Of a DNA stretch of 64,000 nucleotides, positions 44,981 to 55,091 are shown piece by piece. The notes under the pieces were generated by a model, which was given only the letters and a program-made list of their open reading frames with translations, searched no databases and was not told the DNA's origin. The stretch's first letter is position 1, and the number at the start of each line of letters is the position of its first letter. A program made the translations under genes and the position numbers. The stretch is from a virus (taxonomy: Duplodnaviria; Caudoviricetes). The stretch is from positions 32,001 to 96,000 of IMG/VR virus record IMGVR_UViG_3300028805_002025; one strand, given 5' to 3'.

Positions 44981-47359
44981 TTAAACACCCTGTTTCAAAC
45001 TAAGGCTTGAAACATTATTTTCCTTTCTCACTACTATGTGGTCTTGACACCAGTCTTTAATTTCATCAAGATGACTTATAAGGAATATATGATTATAGTT
45101 ATTAGCTATTTTTTCAGTAAGTGTCCTTATATTGTCATAATTTTCCTTAGAAACTCTGCCAAATATTTCATCCCATACAATACTCTCACACTGAGGTATC
45201 GTAGACATTTCAGCAAGTACTGACCTAAGTGCCAGTGCCGATGCTGTAAGCTCGAATCCGCTTGCTCCACATAAATCTGAATATACACCATCCTTTATGA
45301 GATAGAACATAACATCGTTCTTCGCATCTATTCCAACCTCAACATCAAAATCACATACATCATTCAATAATTGTGACAGTCTTGCGTTGATGATTGGTAA
45401 CGTCTTCCTAAGAACCATCTTAGATATACCATTCTTTCCAACAAGTTCAAGATAAATCTTCCAGTTCTTTATAAGTTTGTCCTCTTCTTTCATCTTCTCA
45501 AGGACATCCTTTCTATCTTGAATCTGTTTCTTCTCTGTCTTAACCTCGTTGTCATTCCTTGATATACACGCAAGGTTGGTATCCCTTGTAGCTCTCTTTC
45601 CAGCAATGAGGACATCTGAGTTTCTTATCTCTATGTCTATCTTATTGTTGGTATCGATAGCTTCCTTGTTCCTCTCGTATTCTTTCTTGATGGATATATT
45701 CTCCTTATATTCACCTCTAAGTTTCTCGACGTTAAGTTCAAGTGCTGCTTTCTTCATGACAAGCTGGGACTTGGTATTATACTTCTCCCTATTATCTTTC
45801 ATCTTATCAATTTCTTTCTTGATAGATTCAACAGCTTTCCTCTTCTCCTTACCCTGCTTCGCAATATCCTCAACCTCATGTGCAAGCAATGCAAGCTTGG
45901 CTTTATCAAAGTTCTGCATTTCCCTTCCACACACAGGACATAGCCTGCTGGATTCAAGATGCTTAAGGTTCTGACTTGCAGTCCTGTACCTCTCCTCGAT
46001 GACAACCATTTCGTTGTTTGCCTTACCAAGACTCTCCTGGAGTTCATCGTACTGTTCCACTGAGAAATCAACGTCACCAAGTTCCTTCAATTTCTTCTCA
46101 ACCTCTTCAAGTTCAGATGCCTTGGTCTTACCTTCCAATATAAGTCTGTCTATTTTACCCTGTAGCGTTGTGATATCAATCTGCATCAAGGTGCTATCAA
46201 CACCCCTCTTAGAAGATAACAGAGTGTTCTTAGTGCCCTCAAGCTTCGTGACCTCTGCTTCAATCTTCTTATTCTCAGCCTTGTATCGTTTATTCTCGTC
46301 TGTAAGCGTCTTGATATTAATCTCATATGCCTGTATCTCCTGTAATAATGTTTCAGAATTATACTGATTTGACAAAAGGTATGGTTTAATCTCTGAATTG
46401 AATTTATCCCTTGCTATAATATCCTTCTGCTCAATTGGCAACAGCCCAATCCACCTGGCAAGCAATCTACCTCTCTCAGTCTCTTTCTTTTCAACAAGGT
46501 CATCAAGAGTCTTGTCAGTGACCGACATAATGAGGTCAAAGTCACTCTCACGTCCTATAGCCTCCTTGATGGCTTTATTTGTCTGTACACTGTTTTCCTC
46601 CTGCTGGTTGTCTATGAACTCTTCAAGCTCTTCCTTATTCTCACCAACAATCTTGTAATATTCCACCTTCTGAGTTGTCTTACTCTTGGCGGTTCTTCTC
46701 TCAAGTGATGGTCTGGTAAGTGTTCTCTTGATTATATAGTCAACTCCATCAATGGTAATGCAACCCTCAACCACTACGTTTGTAGCTGCTGGGAGGTGCT
46801 TGTTGAAGAATTTATCCTGTGTCTTGTATTTGGTAGTAGTACCGAACAACAGGAATCTGATAAGGTCTATACAGAAGGTAGTCTTACCTCCCTGGTTGGC
46901 TGGTTCACTGCTTAGAAGGACAAGTTGTCCAATATTGGTAAAATCAAAAAAGTTACCTGCTCCATAGCTAAGGAAATTGTCCCAGCGTATCCATTTAATA
47001 CTATACCTCTTATACTTGTCGTAAATCTGGTAATCAATTCTCGCATTTATCTCAGAATCTATTTTCTTTATGAGTTCGAAATCACAGTCAGTTATATTGT
47101 TCAATTGAAGGTAATCCTGGAATAACTTCACCTGGAACGAAGGGTCCTGTATGTTCTGTATAATGTCAGAATTTATTGGTATATCCTCTCCCTTCTCGTT
47201 CAACATGATGAACTCTGGGATAACCTTTACCTTATCCTTCGGTATGCCGTATTTCTTGCTTACCTTGAGTGCTACAGCATTTTCCTTCTCCTTGGTGTAG
47301 TCATAAGGTGATACCTTCCAGTGTAAGTGAATCTTTGATTTTTCTTTAACGTCAATCAT
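44981..47359 (-). CDS. SbcC/Rad50 (T4 gp46-like) ATPase
   Basis: NFLSYG, NQGGKTT Walker A, coiled coil with CPVCG hook, SGFE signature, WDE Walker B, ISH. Confidence 0.9.
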   Translation of the reverse strand: MIDVKEKSKIHLHWKVSPYDYTKEKENAVALKVSKKYGIPKDKVKVIPEFIMLNEKGEDIPINSDIIQNIQDPSFQVKLFQDYLQLNNITDCDFELIKKIDSEINARIDYQIYDKYKRYSIKWIRWDNFLSYGAGNFFDFTNIGQLVLLSSEPANQGGKTTFCIDLIRFLLFGTTTKYKTQDKFFNKHLPAATNVVVEGCITIDGVDYIIKRTLTRPSLERRTAKSKTTQKVEYYKIVGENKEELEEFIDNQQEENSVQTNKAIKEAIGRESDFDLIMSVTDKTLDDLVEKKETERGRLLARWIGLLPIEQKDIIARDKFNSEIKPYLLSNQYNSETLLQEIQAYEINIKTLTDENKRYKAENKKIEAEVTKLEGTKNTLLSSKRGVDSTLMQIDITTLQGKIDRLILEGKTKASELEEVEKKLKELGDVDFSVEQYDELQESLGKANNEMVVIEERYRTASQNLKHLESSRLCPVCGREMQNFDKAKLALLAHEVEDIAKQGKEKRKAVESIKKEIDKMKDNREKYNTKSQLVMKKAALELNVEKLRGEYKENISIKKEYERNKEAIDTNNKIDIEIRNSDVLIAGKRATRDTNLACISRNDNEVKTEKKQIQDRKDVLEKMKEEDKLIKNWKIYLELVGKNGISKMVLRKTLPIINARLSQLLNDVCDFDVEVGIDAKNDVMFYLIKDGVYSDLCGASGFELTASALALRSVLAEMSTIPQCESIVWDEIFGRVSKENYDNIRTLTEKIANNYNHIFLISHLDEIKDWCQDHIVVRKENNVSSLSLKQGV

Positions 47360-47362
47360 TTC

Positions 47363-47740
47363 TTAGTTCTTTTTAATCACACGAATCTTCCTAACTGTTA
47401 CTGGTTTTATTACCCCAGTGTCAAGTTTGGGTTTGTTTTCCTCGCTGCTCTCTTCTTTTCCTTGAAGAACTGTGCTAACGTCTTCTTTCTTTTCACGCTG
47501 TTTCTCCTCTTCAGATACTCCTGGTTGTTCTTTTCTTTTCTTTCTACTTTCATTTTTTAAATCTTTAATACCATTATTTTCTCTTTTTATATTATCGGCT
47601 GGAGACAACCCATACTTCACGATGTTGAAACCCTGTGTCGCACACCTGTTTGCAAAGTTGTTGATGTCCTCAATACCATTTAATTCACAATATTCTTGTA
47701 TTGCCTTGCAGAGCATAGGCTTTAGATATAGTCTGTCCAT
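47363..47740 (-). CDS. Hypothetical protein
   Basis: YCELN.I.D...F...GF...KYG motif; ORF in operon. Confidence 0.65.
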   Translation of the reverse strand: MDRLYLKPMLCKAIQEYCELNGIEDINNFANRCATQGFNIVKYGLSPADNIKRENNGIKDLKNESRKKRKEQPGVSEEEKQREKKEDVSTVLQGKEESSEENKPKLDTGVIKPVTVRKIRVIKKN

Positions 47741-48003
47741 TATACTTTCAGTTCTTTCTTAACGTACTCAACAGTCATTTCATCAATGATTTTCTTAATC
47801 CTCTCGTTAGAATCTGATGTAAGCTGGTAAATATCGTATTTAAGTTTATTAAGCTCGTACTTAAGGTCGCATATCTCATTCTCAAGACTTTCTATTTTCT
47901 TCTGTGAGTCAACAACATAACTACCTACATCAACCCTGTTGGTTGTACATGTAAGCGTCATGGGGTCATAATTCGCAACTGTAATATAGCCATAATCATC
48001 CAT
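47740..48003 (-). CDS. Hypothetical coiled-coil protein
   Basis: First ORF after promoter at 48023. Confidence 0.6.
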   Translation of the reverse strand: MDDYGYITVANYDPMTLTCTTNRVDVGSYVVDSQKKIESLENEICDLKYELNKLKYDIYQLTSDSNERIKKIIDEMTVEYVKKELKV

Positions 48004-48125
48004 AATATATTCTTTTTATATATGCAAAGATATATATTTTTTTTGAGAAAACAAAATTTTTGTTAAAAAATGTTTAAATTATCTATAATATTATTAGATT
48101 TTATATAAAATATTTAATAGATATT

Positions 48126-48905
48126 ATGGATAAGAATGGTAATAAGATAGCTATGGGTCTTGATGTCAGTACCCAGACCATCGGTGTTTGTATACTAATA
48201 GATGATGGCTCTGACTATGGTAAGATTGCAGAGCTTACTCACATCAACCCCAAGGTTTCAACTAAGATAAAGGGAATAGAGCAACTGTTCCTAAAGAAAA
48301 AGATATTCGAGGAGTTCCTTATCAAGTATAGGGACTTCGGTATTGACGAGGTTATAATAGAAGAACCTCTACTTAGGTCTAACAACGTTAATACTGTATC
48401 CACGCTGTTGAGATTCAACGGCATGGTATCAGACTGCGTGTATAATATACTTGGCATTGTTCCAGTCTATATATCATCGTACAACGCCAGGGAGTATTCC
48501 TTCCCAGAACTTATGTCGATAAGGAAATACGGTAAAGATGAGAAGCAGTATCCGTATACCAAGATTATGAAAGAGATTAAGGAGTGTAAGTTGGTGTTGT
48601 TCGGTGGGTATCCTTGGACGATTGATAAGAAGACCGTTATCCAGGGTAAGGTATCTGAATTATTCCCAGACATTGAATGGTTGTATGACAAGAAGGGAGA
48701 GCTGAAGAAAGAGAACTTCGATGCCTGCGATGCATATGTGGCTGTGCTCGGTCACTTGAACATGCAAAAGCATGGTGAGCTTAACTTCACAGTCGAGGAA
48801 CTTGGTGCTAAGAATGAGCCTGGAAATGCCATTATAGTTGACTACAACGTGCATTACTGGGATAGGGTGGAGAAGAGAACCACCTATATAGAACACAAAA
48901 GCTAG
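48126..48905 (+). CDS. RuvC-like Holliday junction resolvase
   Basis: MGLDVST..IG, IIEEP, K..V, DACDAY acidic catalytic set. Confidence 0.8.
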   Translation: MDKNGNKIAMGLDVSTQTIGVCILIDDGSDYGKIAELTHINPKVSTKIKGIEQLFLKKKIFEEFLIKYRDFGIDEVIIEEPLLRSNNVNTVSTLLRFNGMVSDCVYNILGIVPVYISSYNAREYSFPELMSIRKYGKDEKQYPYTKIMKEIKECKLVLFGGYPWTIDKKTVIQGKVSELFPDIEWLYDKKGELKKENFDACDAYVAVLGHLNMQKHGELNFTVEELGAKNEPGNAIIVDYNVHYWDRVEKRTTYIEHKS

Positions 48906-48926
48906 GAGCGAATCCTAGCTTTTTTA
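48897..48926. terminator. Bidirectional terminator hairpin
   Basis: AAAAGCTAGGA-GCGAA-TCCTAGCTTTT between convergent genes. Confidence 0.75.
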
Positions 48927-48927
48927 T

Positions 48928-50463
48928 TTAATACTGATTAAATGAATCATACATTGCACTGTTCATAGCCTTCCTGGAGGCAATTAACTGATTAAACATT
49001 TCCTTGTTCTTCAACCTTCTTTCTTGAGCATCTGTACCTAGAATGTTTGGCTTGTGTCTTGCAGGAATAAGGCGGTTTCTAACGTGTCCGCTTTTCCACT
49101 TGAACCATTCTGACTTGTATATGTATTTGTCAAGATAAACGATAGATACATCTTCGTTTTTCCATGCTGCATAATTGAATGATAATTGGTCTCTATGGGA
49201 GTTATTCATAAGTTCATCAGACCATGTTTCCATTAACCTTATACAATCTTCCTCATTGTGCATTCTAAGCATTATGTTGCTCTGCAAGAGTCCGTAGTTA
49301 GAGGGAAACCCCTCATCCTTATATCTATCCATTTGAGGCTTTACATTCTCAGCCTTATCCTTTCTCATCTTTATCACTGCATCTGCCTCTTCATATGTAC
49401 AATTTCTTTGTGGGTGCTGAGGTACATAGACCGATGTGCCGCTTACTTCAACGCTGTTGACGAACTTATTTAAATCTCCAGTAATGTCAACGTTACCATC
49501 AACCCATATGGATAGTTTGTATTCTGGAAGAACCTTATGCGCATTTATCTTTACATATCTTTGTTTCTTTACCTGTGATAAACCATTTGTTTCTTCTGGA
49601 AGAGGTCTTATATCCCAGGTAGTACTTGTTAAATCCATGTTGTCTGTAAAACATACATAATCAAATCCTAGTGTAACCTTCTTAGGCTCTATCAACCTGT
49701 CATAAGAACCTGTTATGCAGGTATACACTACTTTATCACCATTAACCATGCCCTTTTTATACCAATATTTCTTATTTCTTTCAAGCCATTCATCACAGGA
49801 TATTGTCTTATACCCATGATATTTCTTTGCGTCCTCGACCCATGAAGCTGCCTTGTAATGCACAACATATTCTGAGAGGTTTATCCTCTTGAATTTGAGT
49901 TTCTTGCTTGCTATCTCCTCATGGAAGAAAGCACCAGTGTCATACCTATCACCCTTCTTCGTAAGACCATGTATGTGCTGGTCGTCAAAATACCTAATCC
50001 CATACTTCTTGCACTTATCAACGTTAATGAAGCAGATGTATGGTATAATCCTTGGTCTTGACTTCCAGGTTTCGGTTGCTGCGATTGCAATCTCCTTTTC
50101 GTCAAATAGGTTGGATACGTCCCTCTTCAGCAATACATCTGAATCAAGCAGCAGGAAATTCTCATCCAGCAACTCTATACATTTTTGGATGGTGTAACAG
50201 TGTTTTGCACTTGCATAATGATTCATCTTGGCAGAAGAAATAGCAGTCTCTGGGTATTTCTCCAGCCACTTATCGAAATCAATTATCTGTCCCTTCGTAT
50301 TATCGATAACTATCACATTTTTGAACTCTGCCGTGAATGGTAACTTGTCGCTATTGTCGAAGATGTAGATAATAGCATTCTTCACAAACATATTAATACT
50401 CCTTACCAAGCACTCTGTCATGTAAGGAGTATTATAGTGTACAATTAGGATATTCTTGGTCAT
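48928..50463 (-). CDS. Two-domain glycosyltransferase (GT-A/GT2-like plus DUF616-like)
   Basis: VHYNTP...FDNS...LDSD; then VVYTCITGSYD, FTD, RYVK, WVDGN, HPQRNC, RDQLSF. Confidence 0.8.
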   Translation of the reverse strand: MTKNILIVHYNTPYMTECLVRSINMFVKNAIIYIFDNSDKLPFTAEFKNVIVIDNTKGQIIDFDKWLEKYPETAISSAKMNHYASAKHCYTIQKCIELLDENFLLLDSDVLLKRDVSNLFDEKEIAIAATETWKSRPRIIPYICFINVDKCKKYGIRYFDDQHIHGLTKKGDRYDTGAFFHEEIASKKLKFKRINLSEYVVHYKAASWVEDAKKYHGYKTISCDEWLERNKKYWYKKGMVNGDKVVYTCITGSYDRLIEPKKVTLGFDYVCFTDNMDLTSTTWDIRPLPEETNGLSQVKKQRYVKINAHKVLPEYKLSIWVDGNVDITGDLNKFVNSVEVSGTSVYVPQHPQRNCTYEEADAVIKMRKDKAENVKPQMDRYKDEGFPSNYGLLQSNIMLRMHNEEDCIRLMETWSDELMNNSHRDQLSFNYAAWKNEDVSIVYLDKYIYKSEWFKWKSGHVRNRLIPARHKPNILGTDAQERRLKNKEMFNQLIASRKAMNSAMYDSFNQY

Positions 50464-50465
50464 TT

Positions 50466-50855
50466 TTATACTTTCTTTATTGTAACGTCAACGTACCAGT
50501 CCTCTGGTCTAATAGCTGTCATAGGGTGCAGAATCTGGATATATTGCTTCGGTATCCTGTCTGTAAGGGCTTTAATAAACTCATGCCTGTATATTGGCTT
50601 ATGTGTATAGAAATAGCCCATAGGATAGCATCTATGGGTAATACTGTCTTCTTTTTCTATATCATTAGAAGAGTCATGCGCCCAACCACTTTCCTTCTCT
50701 ACCTCCCTAAGTATCTCCTCCAGCTTCTTGTTGCCTTCCTCGCGGAACTTGTCAACTTCATCCTGGTTCATGAACAGGTCATACTGTCCATCTGGAAATA
50801 CACCATTAGCTTCAAATAACCTTCGTAACTGTGATTCGTTTAATCTGATTTTCAT
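50466..50855 (-). CDS. LTES-like leader protein
   Basis: MKIRLNESQLRRLFE. Confidence 0.7.
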   Translation of the reverse strand: MKIRLNESQLRRLFEANGVFPDGQYDLFMNQDEVDKFREEGNKKLEEILREVEKESGWAHDSSNDIEKEDSITHRCYPMGYFYTHKPIYRHEFIKALTDRIPKQYIQILHPMTAIRPEDWYVDVTIKKV

Positions 50856-50856
50856 A

Positions 50857-52227
50857 TTAATATCTCTTTGATATATAATCCATTCCAGAATTAGACTTTC
50901 TGCCTATCTGTTTGTTCATAGCTCTAAGAGCCTCCCTGTTAGCCTTGTACTGTTCTGGAGTATCTGCATCTTCCCAGTTAGGGTCGTAGTTTTCAAAGTG
51001 ACCATTTCCAATCTGTGCGTCCCTTATAATCTGTTTAAGCATCTTTGCAGCATCCTTCCAGCCATTATTCATATAATCGCCTGGATAAATTCTAATTCTG
51101 CCACCAGCTCTTGTAAGAACCTTAATTTTTTCTGGCGTGTACATACCATAAGCACCGTTGAATGGGATAATTATATAACCCCTACCATTAAGCTTTATAT
51201 CACCAGTAAGTCCATATGGAGTACCTTCTTTGTCCATAAGTGGCCACCTTTCTGACTCACCCTGTACCTCTAGTGCATGATGATAAGCGTCATTAGCCTG
51301 CTGTATGAGCTGCTGTATCTTGATTGTAGGGCCTGCTGCCATTTCAGTTATAATCTTCATTGCAGCTTCCTTCACGACCTGCTTAAGCTCAGATTCTGTA
51401 AGAGTGAGTTTATTGGAATATCTGCTTGCCATTTCCTGTAGTGTAGCAAGGTCTTCTTGGTATCTCTGCTTGGCAATACTGATGAAGTCCTCTGGTGCTA
51501 TGTTTATGTCATTTACAGCTCTTGTCAATCTGTCATTGATGTAAATAATCTTTTCACCATTGATAGTAGCAGCAATCCAGAGAATAGAGTTTGACTCAAA
51601 GTTCTTGTACCTCATGTGAAGCTCAGCTTCCCTTTTGATAAACTCTTGTATTCTCTCTTCCTCTACACCCATGTCTCTAAGTGCCTTAACGCCACTGACA
51701 GGAGCTTTTGCTTTAAGATATGGCTTAACCTGTTCTGGAGTAAGCTCTTGAATAATATGACCATCTGTACCAACAGCATATGTAACACTCTTTATTTTAG
51801 CACCATATGTATTCTGTGCATTGTATGAGTGAGACTTCAAAGCATCGTTTCCACCATTGTAAAGGTCTGGACCGTTACTTCCCCAGTTAGAACCAGTTTT
51901 ATAACTCTCTTTGTCCTGCATTGGGGCAATTCCGTATTCTGCTCTAAGGTCGTTGAATGCTTTTTTATATTCACCATACTTCTTATTTACGGTGTCCCTA
52001 TGATTATACTGCATGTTGTAACTGGTAATCTTCACAAGAGCACCAATATCCTCGCCAAATACACTATAGTCATCATATTTTTTCATCCTGTTTGTTGCAG
52101 GATTCTTCCTAGATACGGTAGGAACTGCAAGATTAGCTCCAGATACATATCCTATAGTTATGAACTTACCTCTACCAATCTGGTCTAGCAAGTCAAAAAA
52201 CTTATCAGAACTTTCAATTCTTCTCAT
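50857..52227 (-). CDS. Two-part hypothetical protein with internal LTES motif
   Basis: Internal NKLTLTESELKQVVKEAAMKIITE at about 51345-51415. Confidence 0.75.
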   Translation of the reverse strand: MRRIESSDKFFDLLDQIGRGKFITIGYVSGANLAVPTVSRKNPATNRMKKYDDYSVFGEDIGALVKITSYNMQYNHRDTVNKKYGEYKKAFNDLRAEYGIAPMQDKESYKTGSNWGSNGPDLYNGGNDALKSHSYNAQNTYGAKIKSVTYAVGTDGHIIQELTPEQVKPYLKAKAPVSGVKALRDMGVEEERIQEFIKREAELHMRYKNFESNSILWIAATINGEKIIYINDRLTRAVNDINIAPEDFISIAKQRYQEDLATLQEMASRYSNKLTLTESELKQVVKEAAMKIITEMAAGPTIKIQQLIQQANDAYHHALEVQGESERWPLMDKEGTPYGLTGDIKLNGRGYIIIPFNGAYGMYTPEKIKVLTRAGGRIRIYPGDYMNNGWKDAAKMLKQIIRDAQIGNGHFENYDPNWEDADTPEQYKANREALRAMNKQIGRKSNSGMDYISKRY

Positions 52228-52233
52228 AGTAAA

Positions 52234-52503
52234 TTACCAATTTTTAAGCCAGATAGCCTTCTGGAAGGTCTCTAGCATTTCATTATTATCTGTGTAGTAT
52301 TTTTCTGCTGCTGTAGTAGCACTTGCGGACTCCAGGTTGCTCTCGCTGTTGTAGTCCTTGTCACCGAACACACTGCTTACCTTGGTGATATCGTAATATG
52401 CACCAACAGCGTAGTGACCGTTAGCACCAAATACGACTGAATCCTCGTCAAGGTGCATAGCCATAGCCTTCAGTATATCACTGTCCTTAATCTTCTTTGC
52501 CAT
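52234..52503 (-). CDS. Hypothetical protein
   Basis: Start moved to ATG downstream of ATATTTAT at 52526. Confidence 0.6.
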   Translation of the reverse strand: MAKKIKDSDILKAMAMHLDEDSVVFGANGHYAVGAYYDITKVSSVFGDKDYNSESNLESASATTAAEKYYTDNNEMLETFQKAIWLKNW

Positions 52504-52593
52504 AGTTAAAAAATGTTTAATTACAAATAAATATCTCCCAAAACTTGTTTTTCTCGCAAAAAACATATATCTTTGCAAATAAAAAGACAAATC

Positions 52594-53133
52594 ATGAGTG
52601 TAATAGCATTTAAAGTTAACGGAGACAAAATACAGGTTGCTGCTGATGGCAGAGCTGTTATTGATGACAGAATTGCAAATGAGCATTTCAAGAAGATAAT
52701 TCAGATATCCGATAACCTCATAATTGGGGCTACTGGACTTGCTGGTTCAATAGGTATCTATGAGAAGTTCGTAAAGGCTAATGAGCCTACATTCGGTATG
52801 TTAAGCAACTCCACAGATGCCATACCACTTTTCAAGAGATTCAAGGACTACATGGTTGATAACTACGGATATAGCGAGGATACATTGAAGGAACTCGGTG
52901 GCTTCCTAGTGGTTAACAGGAGGTTTCATGCTGTTTTCTACTATGACGATGCATTGACCCCATACGCTGTATATGACACTGAGTGCGACCAGTTTGCATT
53001 CGGGTCAACAGGCATCTATACATCAGCATTGATTGATTGTGGTATCCCAATCGATGAGGCCATAAAGAAATCAGCTGAGAAATATACATCCATTAACGCT
53101 AACGTGACATTGCTTGAGATAGCTAGAAGATGA
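52594..53133 (+). CDS. HslV/proteasome beta-like Ntn hydrolase
   Basis: M-S-V-I-A...AADGR...KKI...GATG...AFGSTG; start at ATG after TATCTTTGCA. Confidence 0.65.
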   Translation: MSVIAFKVNGDKIQVAADGRAVIDDRIANEHFKKIIQISDNLIIGATGLAGSIGIYEKFVKANEPTFGMLSNSTDAIPLFKRFKDYMVDNYGYSEDTLKELGGFLVVNRRFHAVFYYDDALTPYAVYDTECDQFAFGSTGIYTSALIDCGIPIDEAIKKSAEKYTSINANVTLLEIARR

Positions 53134-54164
53134 TACATGAGTTAGAGAAGCTGTACGCAATACTGGTTTCGTTCCTTGGTGAAGCTAAGAATGGCTTCAG
53201 TGAGCATAACCTTGAACTGGAGTTTCCATGCCCATGCTGTATTGACAGAGAGGGTAATGGAGAAGCCAGGAAGTATAACCTTGCCGTAAATCTTCAGAAG
53301 CAGGTATTCCAGTGCTGGAAGTGCTCTTCTATGGGTGAACCGATGAAAGGTTCTATCGTGAAGCTTATAAGGCTGTATGGCAATGAGGAACTACTGGAAC
53401 AGTACAAGGAAATTATTCGTTCCATACATGAAAGTGAACTATACAAGCTGCATTTCTCTGAAAAGGACTTTAATATTGACACATCACTTGTTACAAGAGA
53501 GGACTTAAAATTCCCAGACAGTTTCCAATATTTTGATAGAAAAAAGACGAATCATTGGTCAGCCCTTAAATACCTACTGGATAGAGGATTGACCTGGGAT
53601 ATTATTGAAAAATATAAAATGGGGTATACCCTTCGTGAAGAAACACCAGAGAATAGGAAATATTCTTACAGGGTCATTATACCATCATTTAACGCCGTAG
53701 GTGAGCTTAACTACTGGGTAGGTAGAGATTTCCTGCCAAAGGACGATAGGTTCACCAGGACGAAATACGCCAATCCAAAAACAGAGAAAAAGGAGATTAT
53801 ATTCAACGAGGAAAAGGTGCAGTGGGACGCTGATATAACGCTCGTAGAGGGTGCATTTGACCACATCGTAGTACCTAACTCCATCCCACTGCTTGGAAAG
53901 GCTCTGGACAAAGATTATAAGCTCTACTGGGACTTAATAACCCGTTGCAACGCAAAAGTGAATTTGATGCTTGATGCGGATGCCTATCAAACGGTTAAAG
54001 AAATATATAAGTTCCTTAATCACGGTAGACTGTACGACAAGATTAGATACATACCAATTGAAGAAGGTGAAGACCCGTCTTCATTATTTAAGAAGGGTGG
54101 ATATAAAGAAATTGCCAGGCACTTAGCCAATGCCCAGCAAATCGATGAAGTCTACTTACAATGA
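53130..54164 (+). CDS. DnaG-type DNA primase
   Basis: CPCC...FQCWKC Zn finger, YL..RG, RVIIP, GR, KYANP, TOPRIM VEGAFD and LDAD. Confidence 0.9.
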   Translation: MIHELEKLYAILVSFLGEAKNGFSEHNLELEFPCPCCIDREGNGEARKYNLAVNLQKQVFQCWKCSSMGEPMKGSIVKLIRLYGNEELLEQYKEIIRSIHESELYKLHFSEKDFNIDTSLVTREDLKFPDSFQYFDRKKTNHWSALKYLLDRGLTWDIIEKYKMGYTLREETPENRKYSYRVIIPSFNAVGELNYWVGRDFLPKDDRFTRTKYANPKTEKKEIIFNEEKVQWDADITLVEGAFDHIVVPNSIPLLGKALDKDYKLYWDLITRCNAKVNLMLDADAYQTVKEIYKFLNHGRLYDKIRYIPIEEGEDPSSLFKKGGYKEIARHLANAQQIDEVYLQ

Positions 54165-54467
54165 TAACCAACCAATTTCAATGCCTATGTCATAACTGTA
54201 GGTAACAGTTGTTACGTCAAAGCCATTTGACTTGTATTTTGTCTTAATTCTGTCTGCAAGCATATTCAATTGCCCCATTGAGAGAGTGAGTCCCATATAC
54301 TTCTTAACCATACCATCAAGATAGAACCCTATTGACATTTTGCCGCGTTTCGATACATCCTCTATCTTGTTGTCAATCCCGTCATACAGTCTCTTCATTG
54401 CGTCTGCATTACAATCCACACCTACATTTTTATAGGCATAACTACGTGCCGTTGCTGCATTAATCAT
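54156..54467 (-). CDS. Hypothetical protein
   Basis: ORF in operon. Confidence 0.6.
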   Translation of the reverse strand: MINAATARSYAYKNVGVDCNADAMKRLYDGIDNKIEDVSKRGKMSIGFYLDGMVKKYMGLTLSMGQLNMLADRIKTKYKSNGFDVTTVTYSYDIGIEIGWLSL

Positions 54468-54469
54468 AT

Positions 54470-54832
54470 CTAATCTAATTTTTCAAGTTTAACTTCAATT
54501 ACGCCACCCTGCCACTCAGACAGGAACATCACACCACCTGTCTTCTGTGACATCCATATTGGCGACTGGTCTGTAAAGAACTCGTCTCCGAACATGTCGT
54601 AGAGCTTTGCCTTTATAGACCCAATCTCTCTTTTCAGCTCCTCAGCCTGGTCTGGATGCTTTTTCTTGTTCAAATCAGCTAAGGCAAGCTCCAACTCCTG
54701 CTTACGTGCATTCCACATCTTGTACGAGTTAACATAGTCCTCGTGCGAGATAAGATTCTTCACCTGGGACGTATTGTTATACCCAGGGTACGTAATCTTG
54801 TATATTCCTAAAATCTTACTTGGTCTTTTCAT
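54470..54832 (-). CDS. Hypothetical protein
   Basis: ORF in operon. Confidence 0.6.
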   Translation of the reverse strand: MKRPSKILGIYKITYPGYNNTSQVKNLISHEDYVNSYKMWNARKQELELALADLNKKKHPDQAEELKREIGSIKAKLYDMFGDEFFTDQSPIWMSQKTGGVMFLSEWQGGVIEVKLEKLD

Positions 54833-55088
54833 ATTCTTCTAACTCCTTTTTACCATTCATTGTTAGATAATATCCAGTGAAGTTCTTGTCATAGGTGACA
54901 AGACCCAGTTTTCTCAGTTTACCAATCTGAGACCCGACTTGCAGCCAGCCCTTCCTGGTGTAGGACATATGCTCGGTCTCTGGGTTTCCTCCCCAGAGTT
55001 TCCATGAAATCCACTTGGCACAGATACCCTCAAAGTAAGTACCCTTCTCAAGCAGTTTCAATAATTTGTACTGATACTTTGTAATCAT
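54816..55088 (-). CDS. Winged-helix-like small protein
   Basis: L.KLGLV...YYLT..GK winged-HTH pattern. Confidence 0.55.
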   Translation of the reverse strand: MITKYQYKLLKLLEKGTYFEGICAKWISWKLWGGNPETEHMSYTRKGWLQVGSQIGKLRKLGLVTYDKNFTGYYLTMNGKKELEEYEKTK

Positions 55089-55091
55089 ACT

